A stretch of 64,000 nucleotides of DNA, taken from Longimicrobiales bacterium (GTDB taxonomy: Bacteria; Gemmatimonadota; Gemmatimonadetes; Longimicrobiales; Gaopeijiaceae). Both the position numbers and the translations under genes were made by a program. Shown one piece after another: positions 39,626 through 48,599 of this stretch. The DNA lies in assembly GCA_965249725.1 (NCBI GenBank), contig OZ252251.1:416001-480000 (forward strand), in the 5' to 3' direction. Position 1 is the stretch's first letter. Each line of letters opens with the position of its first letter. The notes below the pieces were generated by a model that saw nothing but the letters and a program-made list of their open reading frames with translations, was not told the DNA's origin and did no database searches.

Positions 39626-40021
39626 CTAGTACTTTGCTGCGGCGACATCCGTCTGGCTGAAGTCGTCGCCCTTGAACAGCAGAGACTCTCCGGCGGCCAT
39701 CGCCGCACCGTACGCCAGGCAATCGCCATAGTTGAGCACCGCGGTCGATCCCACGCCCTTTCCGAACCGGGAGTAGGCGAGACGTGCGAGCCTGGCGGCG
39801 TCCTCCGTGAACGGAATGGTCTCGATACCGAGGCGTTCTAGAAGGGCGTCCAGGGCCACCTCGCCGCCCGGTCCCTTCCTTGCCAGCATGACCGCTGCCG
39901 TCTCGACGAGAGAAGGAGCCCCCACCAGGGCCCGGTCGGCTTCGACAACCGCCTGGACGAGTCGCGTCGCATCGGGCTCGCGGAGCAAGATGGCGATCAG
40001 CGCCGACGTCTCGATGACCAC
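39626..40021 (-). CDS. vapC: VapC PIN-domain toxin
   Basis: VIETSALIAIL, FGKG, LNYGDC, LLFKGDDFSQTD. Confidence 0.92.
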   Translation of the reverse strand: MVIETSALIAILLREPDATRLVQAVVEADRALVGAPSLVETAAVMLARKGPGGEVALDALLERLGIETIPFTEDAARLARLAYSRFGKGVGSTAVLNYGDCLAYGAAMAAGESLLFKGDDFSQTDVAAAKY

Positions 40022-40028
40022 GGCGCCG

Positions 40029-40283
40029 CTAACTCGGAAGGCCGTGCTCGTCGTAGCCGAGAATCTCGTCGGCAGAACGGCAGTCACGGTCGGGAAGGGC
40101 CTCCACGAAGTCCTGCAACTCGGAGATGGCGGCTTCGACGCCGGCCGGGAGGGTCTCCCGCTCCACGGACGCGAGACGTTCGCGGAGAGCCACGGTCACA
40201 GCCTGGGTCAGGCTCTCACCGGTTGCTTCGGCCAGCGCTTGAGCGAGGCGGTGGGCCTCGGGATTCTTGATGTTCAAGGCCAT
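40029..40283 (-). CDS. vapB: VapB antitoxin
   Basis: [14 protein letters not shown]...[14 protein letters not shown]...GYDEHGLP, directly upstream of vapC. Confidence 0.92.
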   Translation of the reverse strand: MALNIKNPEAHRLAQALAEATGESLTQAVTVALRERLASVERETLPAGVEAAISELQDFVEALPDRDCRSADEILGYDEHGLPS

Positions 40284-40301
40284 CTGGGTTTCCGTGGTAG
40301 C

Positions 40302-40337
40302 ATGGTAGAAGCTAATCCACCCTTCTACCATTTACAA
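40302..40337 (-). promoter_or_regulatory. vapBC promoter with a perfect 10-bp inverted-repeat operator
   Basis: ATGGTAGAAG-N10-CTTCTACCAT (40302-40331). -35 TTGTAA (40332-40337), 17 bp spacer, -10 TAGCTT (40309-40314). Confidence 0.75.
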
Positions 40338-40386
40338 GAATACGCTTCTCCTCGAAACGAGCCTCAGGGTCCGGCCGAAGGCCTCC

Positions 40387-42024
40387 TCAGTCCCTCAACG
40401 TCCACTCGTACAGGTTCCAGAAGCTCCCGAAATTCGTGCCGCTCCCCCGGTAGTTCCCCACCTGAGTGCTCAGGACTTCCGGAGTCACGTTGTAGTAGAT
40501 GGGCACGTACCGGTCCGAAGCGGCCAGGAGGGCCTGGGCTTCGTCGAGAGCCTGCTTCCGTTCGGTGAAGTCGAGTGTCTGGTCGGACCGCTTCAGCACC
40601 TCGTCCAGCGTGGGATCACAGAACGCCGTGAAGTTGTTGGCTCCATCACAGGCGTAGAGCCCGGTCACACTGGGGTCCGCAGGGAGGAACCACGCGCTCA
40701 CGAGCCCTTCCCATCTGCTGTTGCGCCAGGCCTGGGTCCAAGCAGCAGCCTCCAGCGTCTCGAACTCGATTGCGATGCCGACGTCCTTGAGTTGGGCCTG
40801 GATGACCTGGGCGATCGCGATCCGGTCGGCGCTGCCCGCCCGGTTGATCACCGTGAACGAGAACCGGAGGCCGTCTTTGACCCGAATACCGTCGTCGCCG
40901 GGGGCCCAGCCTGCCCGATCGAGCAGTCGTACTGCCTGGGCGGGGTCGTATGCACGGCCGGTCACAGAGGAGTTGTGGAAGGGGCTGCTGGGGTTGAGAG
41001 GGGACGTCGCGAGGGTCACCGTCCCCTGCATCAGCTGCTCGGCGATGGCTCGGCGGTCGATGGCATGGCCCATGGCTCTCCGCACGTATAAGTCGCTGAA
41101 GAGCGTGCGGCTCCGCTCGGTGTTCAGGGACACGTCGAAGTGCATGAACCCGTTCGTGCTGATGAGATGGACGGCGTATCCCTCGAGGTCGGCGATCTCG
41201 GCGACCTGCACCGGGTCTACCTGACCGTAGTGGTAGAGCCCCGACTTGAGGGCGTTCAGGCGCGTGTTCGAGTCCGGAATGAACGACCACACCACCTCGT
41301 CGATGAGCGGATAGTCCCGACCCCTCCAATAGTCGTCGTTGCGCACGACCCGGATATGCTCGCCGGCCCTCCACTCCACGAACCGGAAGGGCCCGGTGCC
41401 TACCAGTTCGTCCCCGCGATTATAGGGGGTGTAGTTGATGATCTCCTCGGTGGTCATGTGACCGAGGATGTGCTCGGGAAGGACGGCCTCGAAGAGCCCG
41501 GCGTAGTAGCCTCGGACGCCGTCCCAACGGAAGACGACCGTGTGGTCATCGGGCATGAGACAATCGAGGATAGCGAGATACAGTCCGCGATTGTACACAG
41601 AGGATCCGTCGCTCGACACGAAGCGCCAGGTGAAACACACGTCCTCGCTCGTGAAGGGCTCGCCGTCGTGCCAGCGCACGCCTTCCTGCAGTTCCCACGT
41701 CATGTCGATGGTACCTGATTCGTTCCGAACGACGAGGCCGTTGTCTACGGTGGGAATCTCCTTCGCCAGGACCGGGATGTACGAGTTGTTTTCGTCCGTG
41801 GTGACGAGTCCCTCGACCATGCTGAACTGCACGTCCAAGAGCATCTGGCTGGTCAGGGCGTTTAGTACGTCGATCTCGCGGTTGTACGCGACGCGCAGGA
41901 TGGTGCGATCACCGTCGCCGATGCCACTACCCGCGTCCGACTCGCTGTCGGAGCCCCCTGTGCCGCAGGCCAACGTACCGAGGGCCATACCGAGCGCCGT
42001 GCAGAGAAGGACCGCAGGCTTCAT
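40387..42024 (-). CDS. Peptide ABC transporter substrate-binding lipoprotein (family 5)
   Basis: Lipobox TLAC, WHDGEPFTSEDV, GTGPF, VRRAMGHAIDR. Confidence 0.92.
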   Translation of the reverse strand: MKPAVLLCTALGMALGTLACGTGGSDSESDAGSGIGDGDRTILRVAYNREIDVLNALTSQMLLDVQFSMVEGLVTTDENNSYIPVLAKEIPTVDNGLVVRNESGTIDMTWELQEGVRWHDGEPFTSEDVCFTWRFVSSDGSSVYNRGLYLAILDCLMPDDHTVVFRWDGVRGYYAGLFEAVLPEHILGHMTTEEIINYTPYNRGDELVGTGPFRFVEWRAGEHIRVVRNDDYWRGRDYPLIDEVVWSFIPDSNTRLNALKSGLYHYGQVDPVQVAEIADLEGYAVHLISTNGFMHFDVSLNTERSRTLFSDLYVRRAMGHAIDRRAIAEQLMQGTVTLATSPLNPSSPFHNSSVTGRAYDPAQAVRLLDRAGWAPGDDGIRVKDGLRFSFTVINRAGSADRIAIAQVIQAQLKDVGIAIEFETLEAAAWTQAWRNSRWEGLVSAWFLPADPSVTGLYACDGANNFTAFCDPTLDEVLKRSDQTLDFTERKQALDEAQALLAASDRYVPIYYNVTPEVLSTQVGNYRGSGTNFGSFWNLYEWTLRD

Positions 42025-42034
42025 CGGACCAGCG

Positions 42035-44653
42035 TCATCGGACCAGCAGCCAGTAGTTGACCTTGAGCGCGAAGACGTTCCGTCCTGGCCCGGTGAACGA
42101 ATCCCGCAGCTCGACGGGTCGGACGAGCCGGCCGTCGCTCGTTCGCTCGGAACGGTCCTGCTGCCAGACGAGAAACAACGTGCTGCCACGCACCCACTCC
42201 CAGCGGAGCACGAGGTTGCTTCGAAAGGAATTCACGTTGAAGTCGGGGTTCGGCAGGCTGAAGCTGGACGCCCCGTCGGTTACACGCAGGGAGCCGTCCG
42301 CCCCGTGCTCGAGTGTGGTCCCCTGCGTGCCGTAGGTGCGTAGCGTCCCGGCGCCCGCCTCCGTGAGTTCGCCCACGTCGTAGTACCTGCCACTGGCGGC
42401 GAACGGCTCGGCGTAGAACTCCAACGTGAGATCGGGGCTGAACGAGTAGTCGAGACGGATCTGCGCCGAGAGCGTCGAACGCTCGATGAACGCGAAGACG
42501 TACCGCTGTCCGAACGTGGCCTCGTGTCCATCGGCGAGCGTCCTCAGGTACTGGCGAGGGTTGACCTCGCGGCGGTATCCCGGGTCCAGGGAGAGGGACC
42601 AGCGTCCGTTGGGGCGCATCCAGAAGCCGGCGCTGGGCGCGACGACCCAACCGCCCAGTTCGTCGTTCTGGTACTGCAGCCGCGTTCTCCAGCCCGAGGT
42701 CTGGCGCCGATCGCTTTGCACGTGGGCGTTGAGAAGCCAGTGCTGAGGCCGCTCCATGAGGGGGCCGCCCCGCGTGAGCTTGTCGTCGAGGGCTCGTGTG
42801 TCGAATTGGAGGTTCATGCCGGTGGAGAGGTAGTTCAGCCACGTCAAGTTCGCGCTGACCCCGAACGTGGTCGCCTGCCGAGTGCCGCCGTAGTTCCAGC
42901 CAGCCTTCCCATTCGTACCGATGGTGTAGTTGTAGAGCCGAGAGCCCGGCTGGTTTTCGCGGTAGAGTAGGCCCCAGTTCACGTCGATGTCGTCGCCCGC
43001 GAAGAGCCGTCCAGCTTCATTCTGTTCGAACCCGGCCGACTCGAGTTCGCCCCACAGGTTCCAAAGCCAGTGACGCCCGCCGATCTTCTCGACGCGCCAG
43101 AGCAGGTTGTAGCCGGACATCGACTCGGCTGTGGGATCCAGCTCGACGTGATCGGCATCGGGGCGGCCGAAATAGTGGGCGCTCCGATTCTGGAGCGCGG
43201 TCATGAAGGCGGGGTCGCCCCTCACGTGGCTGAATCCGACGTTGCCGCTCACTCCGTACTGGCCGCCCTTGAAGCGAAGTCCCCAGTCGACTCCACCCGT
43301 GTAGGCTTCTCTCGCGGCCTCGCCGGCCATGGGGTCGCCCGGAGCCACGTCTCGTCGCACGCCGGTCAGGGTGAAGCCGACCGTCGACTGGTCGGGCCCG
43401 AACTGCTTGAGCGCGCGCACCACCCCGTAACCGCCCAGGGGCTCCACCTCGAAGTCGTCGAAGGTCCCGGTGTCGACGTCGAAGGTCCGAGCATGTTCGC
43501 GTCCGGTGAGGGCCGCGAGGGCACCGATCGACAGGTCCCTCGTCAATCGACCCGAGAGCTTTGCAGCGCCCAGGATCGTGGTGTTGTCGGGCCGATCCAC
43601 GAAGTCGCCGGGTGCGAATCCACGGGGTGAGGCTCCGATACGGCGCGAGTAGAAGTGCTGACTACGTAGGAGGTCGGCGCCCTCGAGAAAGAAGGGGCGG
43701 CGCTCGGAGAAGAACGTCTCGAAGTCCGTCAGGTTGACCTCGGCCGGGTCCGCCTCCACCTGACCGAAGTCGGGATTGAACGTGGCGTCGAGGGTCAGGT
43801 TGGGTCCGAGGCCGATCTTGACGTCGGCTCCGACGCGACCGACCACTTCGCTTCCATCGTTGAACGGGTCCGATGCGTCAGGGTCGTTGTCACGTGTGGC
43901 CTCGGAGGCCATGTAGGGAAGAAGCTCGACACCGCGCGACGGACTCACACCCTCGATGCCGACGAGGTTGCCGAAGCGCGACGCCCATCCCTGTTCGTTC
44001 TTGGGGATCAGCACCCAGTAGATGTCTTCGTTCCGCTGCGGAATCCAGCGGTTGATGTTGAGGCCCCAAGTCAGGACGTCGCGGTCGTTGAAGCGAAGCT
44101 GCGAGAAGGGAATCCTCATCTCCGCTGTCCACCCGGCCTCGTCGACGGTCGTCGAGGTCTCCCAAACCGGGTCGTAGGCGAAGTCCCTGAAGTGCTCGTT
44201 GTCTCCGGGGTAGTAGTAGTCGATGCGCCCGCCCGCCACGGTCGTCGCGAACGCATAGCCCGTGCGGCGGTCGAGGAAGGTGTCCAGCGAAACGACCACG
44301 ACCTCGGACTGGGCGAACGCGTCGCGCCGGGTCACGAAGGGCCGGGCGTCCCAGGGGTTCGCGTTGTGCATACGAGCGCCGATGTACAGCGCGTCGGCGG
44401 TGTAGACGAACGCGAAGTCGGTGCCGGCCTGGGGAGCGGCTCCCTCGACGGGTTCCTTGGCGGTGAAGTCCGAGAAGAACTCTGCGTCCTGCCAGGCGGC
44501 CTCGTCTAGGCGACCGTCCAGAGTCGGCGCGTTCTCCTCCGCGATACGGATGGCAACAGAGACCGCTCGGTCCTCGTCTGCCGTCGTCTGGGCGTGACCT
44601 TGGGAGGGCGCTAGGAATACAGCGGCGGCGATGAGGATGTGGATTCCCCTCAT
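42035..44653 (-). CDS. CBM9-like + DUF5916 putative outer-membrane protein (copy 5)
   Basis: LDGRLDEAAW, AEMRIPFSQLRF, NPDFGQVEAD, FFSERRPFFLEG; ends FALKVNYWL. Confidence 0.9.
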   Translation of the reverse strand: MRGIHILIAAAVFLAPSQGHAQTTADEDRAVSVAIRIAEENAPTLDGRLDEAAWQDAEFFSDFTAKEPVEGAAPQAGTDFAFVYTADALYIGARMHNANPWDARPFVTRRDAFAQSEVVVVSLDTFLDRRTGYAFATTVAGGRIDYYYPGDNEHFRDFAYDPVWETSTTVDEAGWTAEMRIPFSQLRFNDRDVLTWGLNINRWIPQRNEDIYWVLIPKNEQGWASRFGNLVGIEGVSPSRGVELLPYMASEATRDNDPDASDPFNDGSEVVGRVGADVKIGLGPNLTLDATFNPDFGQVEADPAEVNLTDFETFFSERRPFFLEGADLLRSQHFYSRRIGASPRGFAPGDFVDRPDNTTILGAAKLSGRLTRDLSIGALAALTGREHARTFDVDTGTFDDFEVEPLGGYGVVRALKQFGPDQSTVGFTLTGVRRDVAPGDPMAGEAAREAYTGGVDWGLRFKGGQYGVSGNVGFSHVRGDPAFMTALQNRSAHYFGRPDADHVELDPTAESMSGYNLLWRVEKIGGRHWLWNLWGELESAGFEQNEAGRLFAGDDIDVNWGLLYRENQPGSRLYNYTIGTNGKAGWNYGGTRQATTFGVSANLTWLNYLSTGMNLQFDTRALDDKLTRGGPLMERPQHWLLNAHVQSDRRQTSGWRTRLQYQNDELGGWVVAPSAGFWMRPNGRWSLSLDPGYRREVNPRQYLRTLADGHEATFGQRYVFAFIERSTLSAQIRLDYSFSPDLTLEFYAEPFAASGRYYDVGELTEAGAGTLRTYGTQGTTLEHGADGSLRVTDGASSFSLPNPDFNVNSFRSNLVLRWEWVRGSTLFLVWQQDRSERTSDGRLVRPVELRDSFTGPGRNVFALKVNYWLLVR

Positions 44654-46347
44654 CGCGTCACAGCAACCTGATGCGATTCACGCCGCAGGAGCCTGCCGGG
44701 GCTCACGTCGACCATGCCCCCGTCGTCGATCACGGGCACTCCGTTCACGAACACGTAGTCCATCCCTTCCGCATACTGCATCGGATCTCCAAAGTCGGCT
44801 CGGTCGACCACGTTGTCGGGGTCGAAGATCAACAGGTCGGCGGCCATACCGGGGGCGATGAGGCCTCGGTCGTGCAGTCCGAGGCGTCGCGCGGCCAGTG
44901 AGGTCATACGCCGCACGGCATCCTCCAGGGTGATGACTCGATCCTCACGCACGTACTTGGCGATCACCCTCGGGAACGCTCCGAACGCACGCGGATGCGA
45001 ACTCGCGCTCGTGGCCGGGTTCACGGGCGAAGCGTCCGTGTCGATCATCACCCATTCGGCCCGGAGCGCTTGCCACTTCTGCTCCTCGTTCATGCTCTTG
45101 GGGTTCACGCTGACTCCGCCCGCCTTCACCAGGTCGAAGAAGGCGTTCCACTCGTCCGTGCCGAGAACCAGTGCCGCTCCCGATACGGACCGGCCGATGA
45201 CCCGCTGGTCGATCGACGAAGGCGCCGACACGATCAGGACGTTGTCCCACTCCATCCCCACGTGCCGGTACCAGTTCTCCCAGTCGGCCGTGGACTCCAC
45301 CTCGCTGCGAAGGGCCCGCCTCAGCGCGGGATCGTCGAGCGTCGCCAGGAAGGCTCCGGTGCCTTCCGCGTAGTGCCGCGGGTGCAAGAAGGAGCCAAGC
45401 CCGATGCCGTTCCGGATGTACGGGTAGATGTCGGCGGTCACGTCCATCCCTGATGTGCGCGCCGAGTCGATCAGCGCGATGGCCTGAGCCATGAGTGGCC
45501 AGTTGTCCTGACCGGCCGCCTTGAGATGATAGATGTGGACCGGCACGTCGGCGCCCGTCCCGATCTCGAGAGCCTCGCGGATGGCCTCGAGAACCGCGTG
45601 GCTCTCGTTGCGCATGTGCGTGAAGTAGACGCCCCCGTACTCCCCTGCCACGCGGGCCAGCTCGATCAGCTCGTCCGTCTTCGCGTATATCGCCGGAGGG
45701 TAGATCAAAGACGTGGAGACCCCCACGGCGCCGTCCTCCATGGCCTGCCGCACAAGGGCCTTCATCTCCTCGATCTCCGCGAGATCGGGCTGCACGTCTC
45801 CGTCGCCGAGTACCACCCGGCGCACCTGCGTAAGCCCCACGTCGTGCACCACGTTGATGGGAATGCCGAAGCGCTCGATGATCGCGAAGTACTCCGCGTA
45901 CGTTTGCCAGCGGAGCGTCTCGCCGTTCACCACGGGCGGGTTGGAGAGTGTGGCCTCGCTCTGCGGTGCGGGGGAGCCGCCTTCGCCCGAGAGATAGGTC
46001 GTGATCCCCTGGCGCAGCTTGCTTTCCGCACTGGGGGGGTTGGTCACGAGCACCTGGCTCGCCTGACCCATCACGTCGATGAAGCCCGGGCTCACCACGC
46101 GGTCTGCTGCGTCGATGGTGCGCGTTGCCTCCCGGCCGTCGAGGTGGCCCACGTCCGCGATTCGATCCCCCCGAATGCCCACGTCGCCCCGGAACCACGG
46201 GTTGCCTCCGCCGTCGACGATGCGGGCGTCCAGGATCAGGATGTCGAGGGGCTCAGCCGCGCTCGATCGCGGGTCGGCGACCTCCTCTGCGCACGTAGAG
46301 AGTGCCAATACGAGAAGGACGGCGGCGAGGATTAGACTGAGACGCAT
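44650..46347 (-). CDS. N-acyl-D-amino-acid deacylase family amidohydrolase (exported)
   Basis: DGGGNPW, PGFIDV, THMRNE, YHLK, HPRAFGAFPR, ADLLIFD, with a hydrophobic leader. Confidence 0.88.
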   Translation of the reverse strand: MRLSLILAAVLLVLALSTCAEEVADPRSSAAEPLDILILDARIVDGGGNPWFRGDVGIRGDRIADVGHLDGREATRTIDAADRVVSPGFIDVMGQASQVLVTNPPSAESKLRQGITTYLSGEGGSPAPQSEATLSNPPVVNGETLRWQTYAEYFAIIERFGIPINVVHDVGLTQVRRVVLGDGDVQPDLAEIEEMKALVRQAMEDGAVGVSTSLIYPPAIYAKTDELIELARVAGEYGGVYFTHMRNESHAVLEAIREALEIGTGADVPVHIYHLKAAGQDNWPLMAQAIALIDSARTSGMDVTADIYPYIRNGIGLGSFLHPRHYAEGTGAFLATLDDPALRRALRSEVESTADWENWYRHVGMEWDNVLIVSAPSSIDQRVIGRSVSGAALVLGTDEWNAFFDLVKAGGVSVNPKSMNEEQKWQALRAEWVMIDTDASPVNPATSASSHPRAFGAFPRVIAKYVREDRVITLEDAVRRMTSLAARRLGLHDRGLIAPGMAADLLIFDPDNVVDRADFGDPMQYAEGMDYVFVNGVPVIDDGGMVDVSPGRLLRRESHQVAVTR

Positions 46348-46371
46348 GGTTCCCCCGGGCAAAGGACAGAC

Positions 46372-46953
46372 CTAGCCGGTCACCTGCTTCCGCTCACGGA
46401 TGAACCGCCTGAACCGGAAGGCGTTCTCCGGCAGCTCGAGGTCCATCCCGTAGTTGTCGGGGCCGACGGCCAGGACCTTGGCCACGATCACGCTCAGGTC
46501 CTCCCGCTCGAACGATTCGAGGACGGCCTCGCCGAACTGCAGGGGCGTCTCGGCGGTGGCGACGTGCTCCACGCCCGCCCCCTTGGCGATTTGAGCCAGG
46601 TCGGTGACGCCAGCGGTCGTCTGGGAGTCGAAGCCGCCGGTCGAGAGTAGGCTTCCGTTGTCGAAGATGATGTGAATCAGGTTCGCCGGGCGGTAGCGGG
46701 CCAGAGTCGTCAGCGTGCCCAGGTTCATCAGCACCGAGCCGTCACCGTCGAGCACCACCACACGCTCCTGCGGTAGATGCATCGCGAGCCCCAGGCCGAT
46801 CGAGGACGCCAGTCCCATGGCGTGTTGTAGATAGAAGAAGTTCTCCCGGTGGCCCAGGTTGTAAAGCTCCTGCGCGCAGGCACCCATGATCGTGACGACC
46901 AGCTTGTCTTCGAGCTCCGGATAAATGACTTCGAGACACTGTGCGCGTTCCAT
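46372..46953 (-). CDS. comE: ThDP-dependent sulfopyruvate/phosphonopyruvate decarboxylase-like beta subunit
   Basis: MGLASSIGLGLA and the GDGSVLMN...DNG ThDP motif. Confidence 0.75.
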   Translation of the reverse strand: MERAQCLEVIYPELEDKLVVTIMGACAQELYNLGHRENFFYLQHAMGLASSIGLGLAMHLPQERVVVLDGDGSVLMNLGTLTTLARYRPANLIHIIFDNGSLLSTGGFDSQTTAGVTDLAQIAKGAGVEHVATAETPLQFGEAVLESFEREDLSVIVAKVLAVGPDNYGMDLELPENAFRFRRFIRERKQVTG

Positions 46954-46954
46954 G

Positions 46955-47467
46955 TCAGTCCTCCATCAGGTCGCGCGTGAGGAGCAGTGCGACCGGTGAC
47001 AGGGAACTCTGCGAGAACGTGTAGGCCTCTTGGATCTGTTGGCCCACCTTGTCCGGATCTCGGGCATATTCGAATGGAATGCTCAGCGCTCGCAGCACCT
47101 CTTCCGTGACGATTCCACCTCTAGTGTGCCACGGGTAGGGCTCCCCCCAGTGACCCCGCAGCGCGATGAGCATGCACAGGGGGATGCCGTAGAGCTGGGC
47201 CAGAGACACAACACCATTGATCGCCGCCAGGAAGCCGTGGTTCTGCATGAGCAAGATGTGGGGGTCTCCGGCGAAGTAGGCGCCGGCGGCGATGCCGATG
47301 GCCTCCTCTTCCTTCGCCACCTGGATCAGCTCGACGTCGGGGTCGTCTTCGGCGCGCTGCAGCAGGAGGCCCAACCAGGTCTCGGGTAGCGCCGACACCG
47401 ACTTGATCCCGGCATTCTTGATGCCCTCGAAGACGATCTTGGAATTTTCGTACGAGACGGGCATCAT
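46955..47467 (-). CDS. comD: Sulfopyruvate/phosphonopyruvate decarboxylase-like alpha subunit
   Basis: LPETWL, KEEEAIGIAAGA, LLMQN.G, RG..GE. 1 bp from the beta subunit. Confidence 0.75.
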   Translation of the reverse strand: MMPVSYENSKIVFEGIKNAGIKSVSALPETWLGLLLQRAEDDPDVELIQVAKEEEAIGIAAGAYFAGDPHILLMQNHGFLAAINGVVSLAQLYGIPLCMLIALRGHWGEPYPWHTRGGIVTEEVLRALSIPFEYARDPDKVGQQIQEAYTFSQSSLSPVALLLTRDLMED

Positions 47468-47568
47468 GCCTCCGTCGGGGTCGCGCGTCGGTCGGTGTCG
47501 GAACAATCTTGGCGGGCCGTGGTCCGAGGACCAGGGGGAGTGATCTTTCAAGCCGAGGACAGAACAAC

Positions 47569-48507
47569 ATGAAGATGTCACGTCGCGAGATGCTGAAGGT
47601 GGGTGCCGGGACCGGCGCTGCTCTGCTTCTCGGCGATCTCGATGCGCTGGCCCGGTCCCTAGCCCAGTCCCCTCAGCTGATGCGGCGCACGATTCCCTCC
47701 TCGGGTGAGACGATCCCGGCCGTGGGACTCGGCAGCGCCGGCACGTTCAGCAGGAGAGCGGGCGACGCGGAACGCGCGGACATGAAGGAGGTGCTCCGGC
47801 TCTTCCGAGAGATGGGCGGCACCGTATTCGATACGGCCCCCACCTATGGCCTCTCGGAGAGCGTGGCGGGCACACTGGCCCAGGAACTGGGGATCGAGAA
47901 CGACCTCTTCTTCGCCACCAAGATCTCGACGGGCGGTGGACGCGAGGCCGGCGTGCGGCAGCAGGAGCAGTCCATGAGGTATTGGGGCCGCGACACCATC
48001 GACCTCAACCAGGTCCACAACCTGCGTGGCGTCGAGACGCATCTGCCCACGATTCGTGAGGCGAAGGAAGAGGGCCGGACGCGATATGTGGGCATCACCA
48101 TCTCCCGACTCCGTCAGTTCGGGGACATGGAGGAGGTGATGCGGAGGGAGGCCCTCGACTTCATCCAGATCAATTACTCCCTCGGGGAGAGGGAGGCCGC
48201 CGACCGGATCCTGCCGTTGGCGCAGGACCGAGGCTTCGGCGTGGTCGTCAACGAGCCCTACAACCGTGGCAGCCTCTTCCGGACCGTGCGGGGGAGGGAG
48301 CTGCCCGAATGGGCATCTGAGTTCGACTGCGAGAGCTGGGGACAGTTCTTCTTGAAGTACATCCTGTCGCACCCGGCGATTACGGTCGTGATACCGGGCA
48401 CGGGTGACCCGGGACACTTGGTGGACAACATGGGGGCCGGGTTAGGGCGGCTACCCGACGAGGCGACCCGCCGGCGCATGGAGGCGTTCTTCGACGGGGT
48501 GAGCTGA
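47569..48507 (+). CDS. Tat-exported aldo/keto reductase
   Basis: SRREMLK, VGLGS, FDTAPTYG, ATK, QVHNL, IPGT. Confidence 0.92.
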   Translation: MKMSRREMLKVGAGTGAALLLGDLDALARSLAQSPQLMRRTIPSSGETIPAVGLGSAGTFSRRAGDAERADMKEVLRLFREMGGTVFDTAPTYGLSESVAGTLAQELGIENDLFFATKISTGGGREAGVRQQEQSMRYWGRDTIDLNQVHNLRGVETHLPTIREAKEEGRTRYVGITISRLRQFGDMEEVMRREALDFIQINYSLGEREAADRILPLAQDRGFGVVVNEPYNRGSLFRTVRGRELPEWASEFDCESWGQFFLKYILSHPAITVVIPGTGDPGHLVDNMGAGLGRLPDEATRRRMEAFFDGVS

Positions 48508-48510
48508 ACT

Positions 48511-48550
48511 CCTCGCTGAGTTCCTCGCTGAGTGCCTCGCTGAGCTCCTC
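48511..48550. repeat. 12-bp intergenic tandem repeat x3 (cctcgctgagtt)
   Basis: Directly visible just after the AKR stop codon. Confidence 0.85.
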
Positions 48551-48599
48551 ACGAGTCTCCTGAGCATAGAGTCATCCCAACACAGCTGGAGCCGAACAC

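Noticed and set aside
39578..40386. IS or transposon carrying vapBC
   Set aside because: No transposase, terminal inverted repeats or target-site duplication was found.
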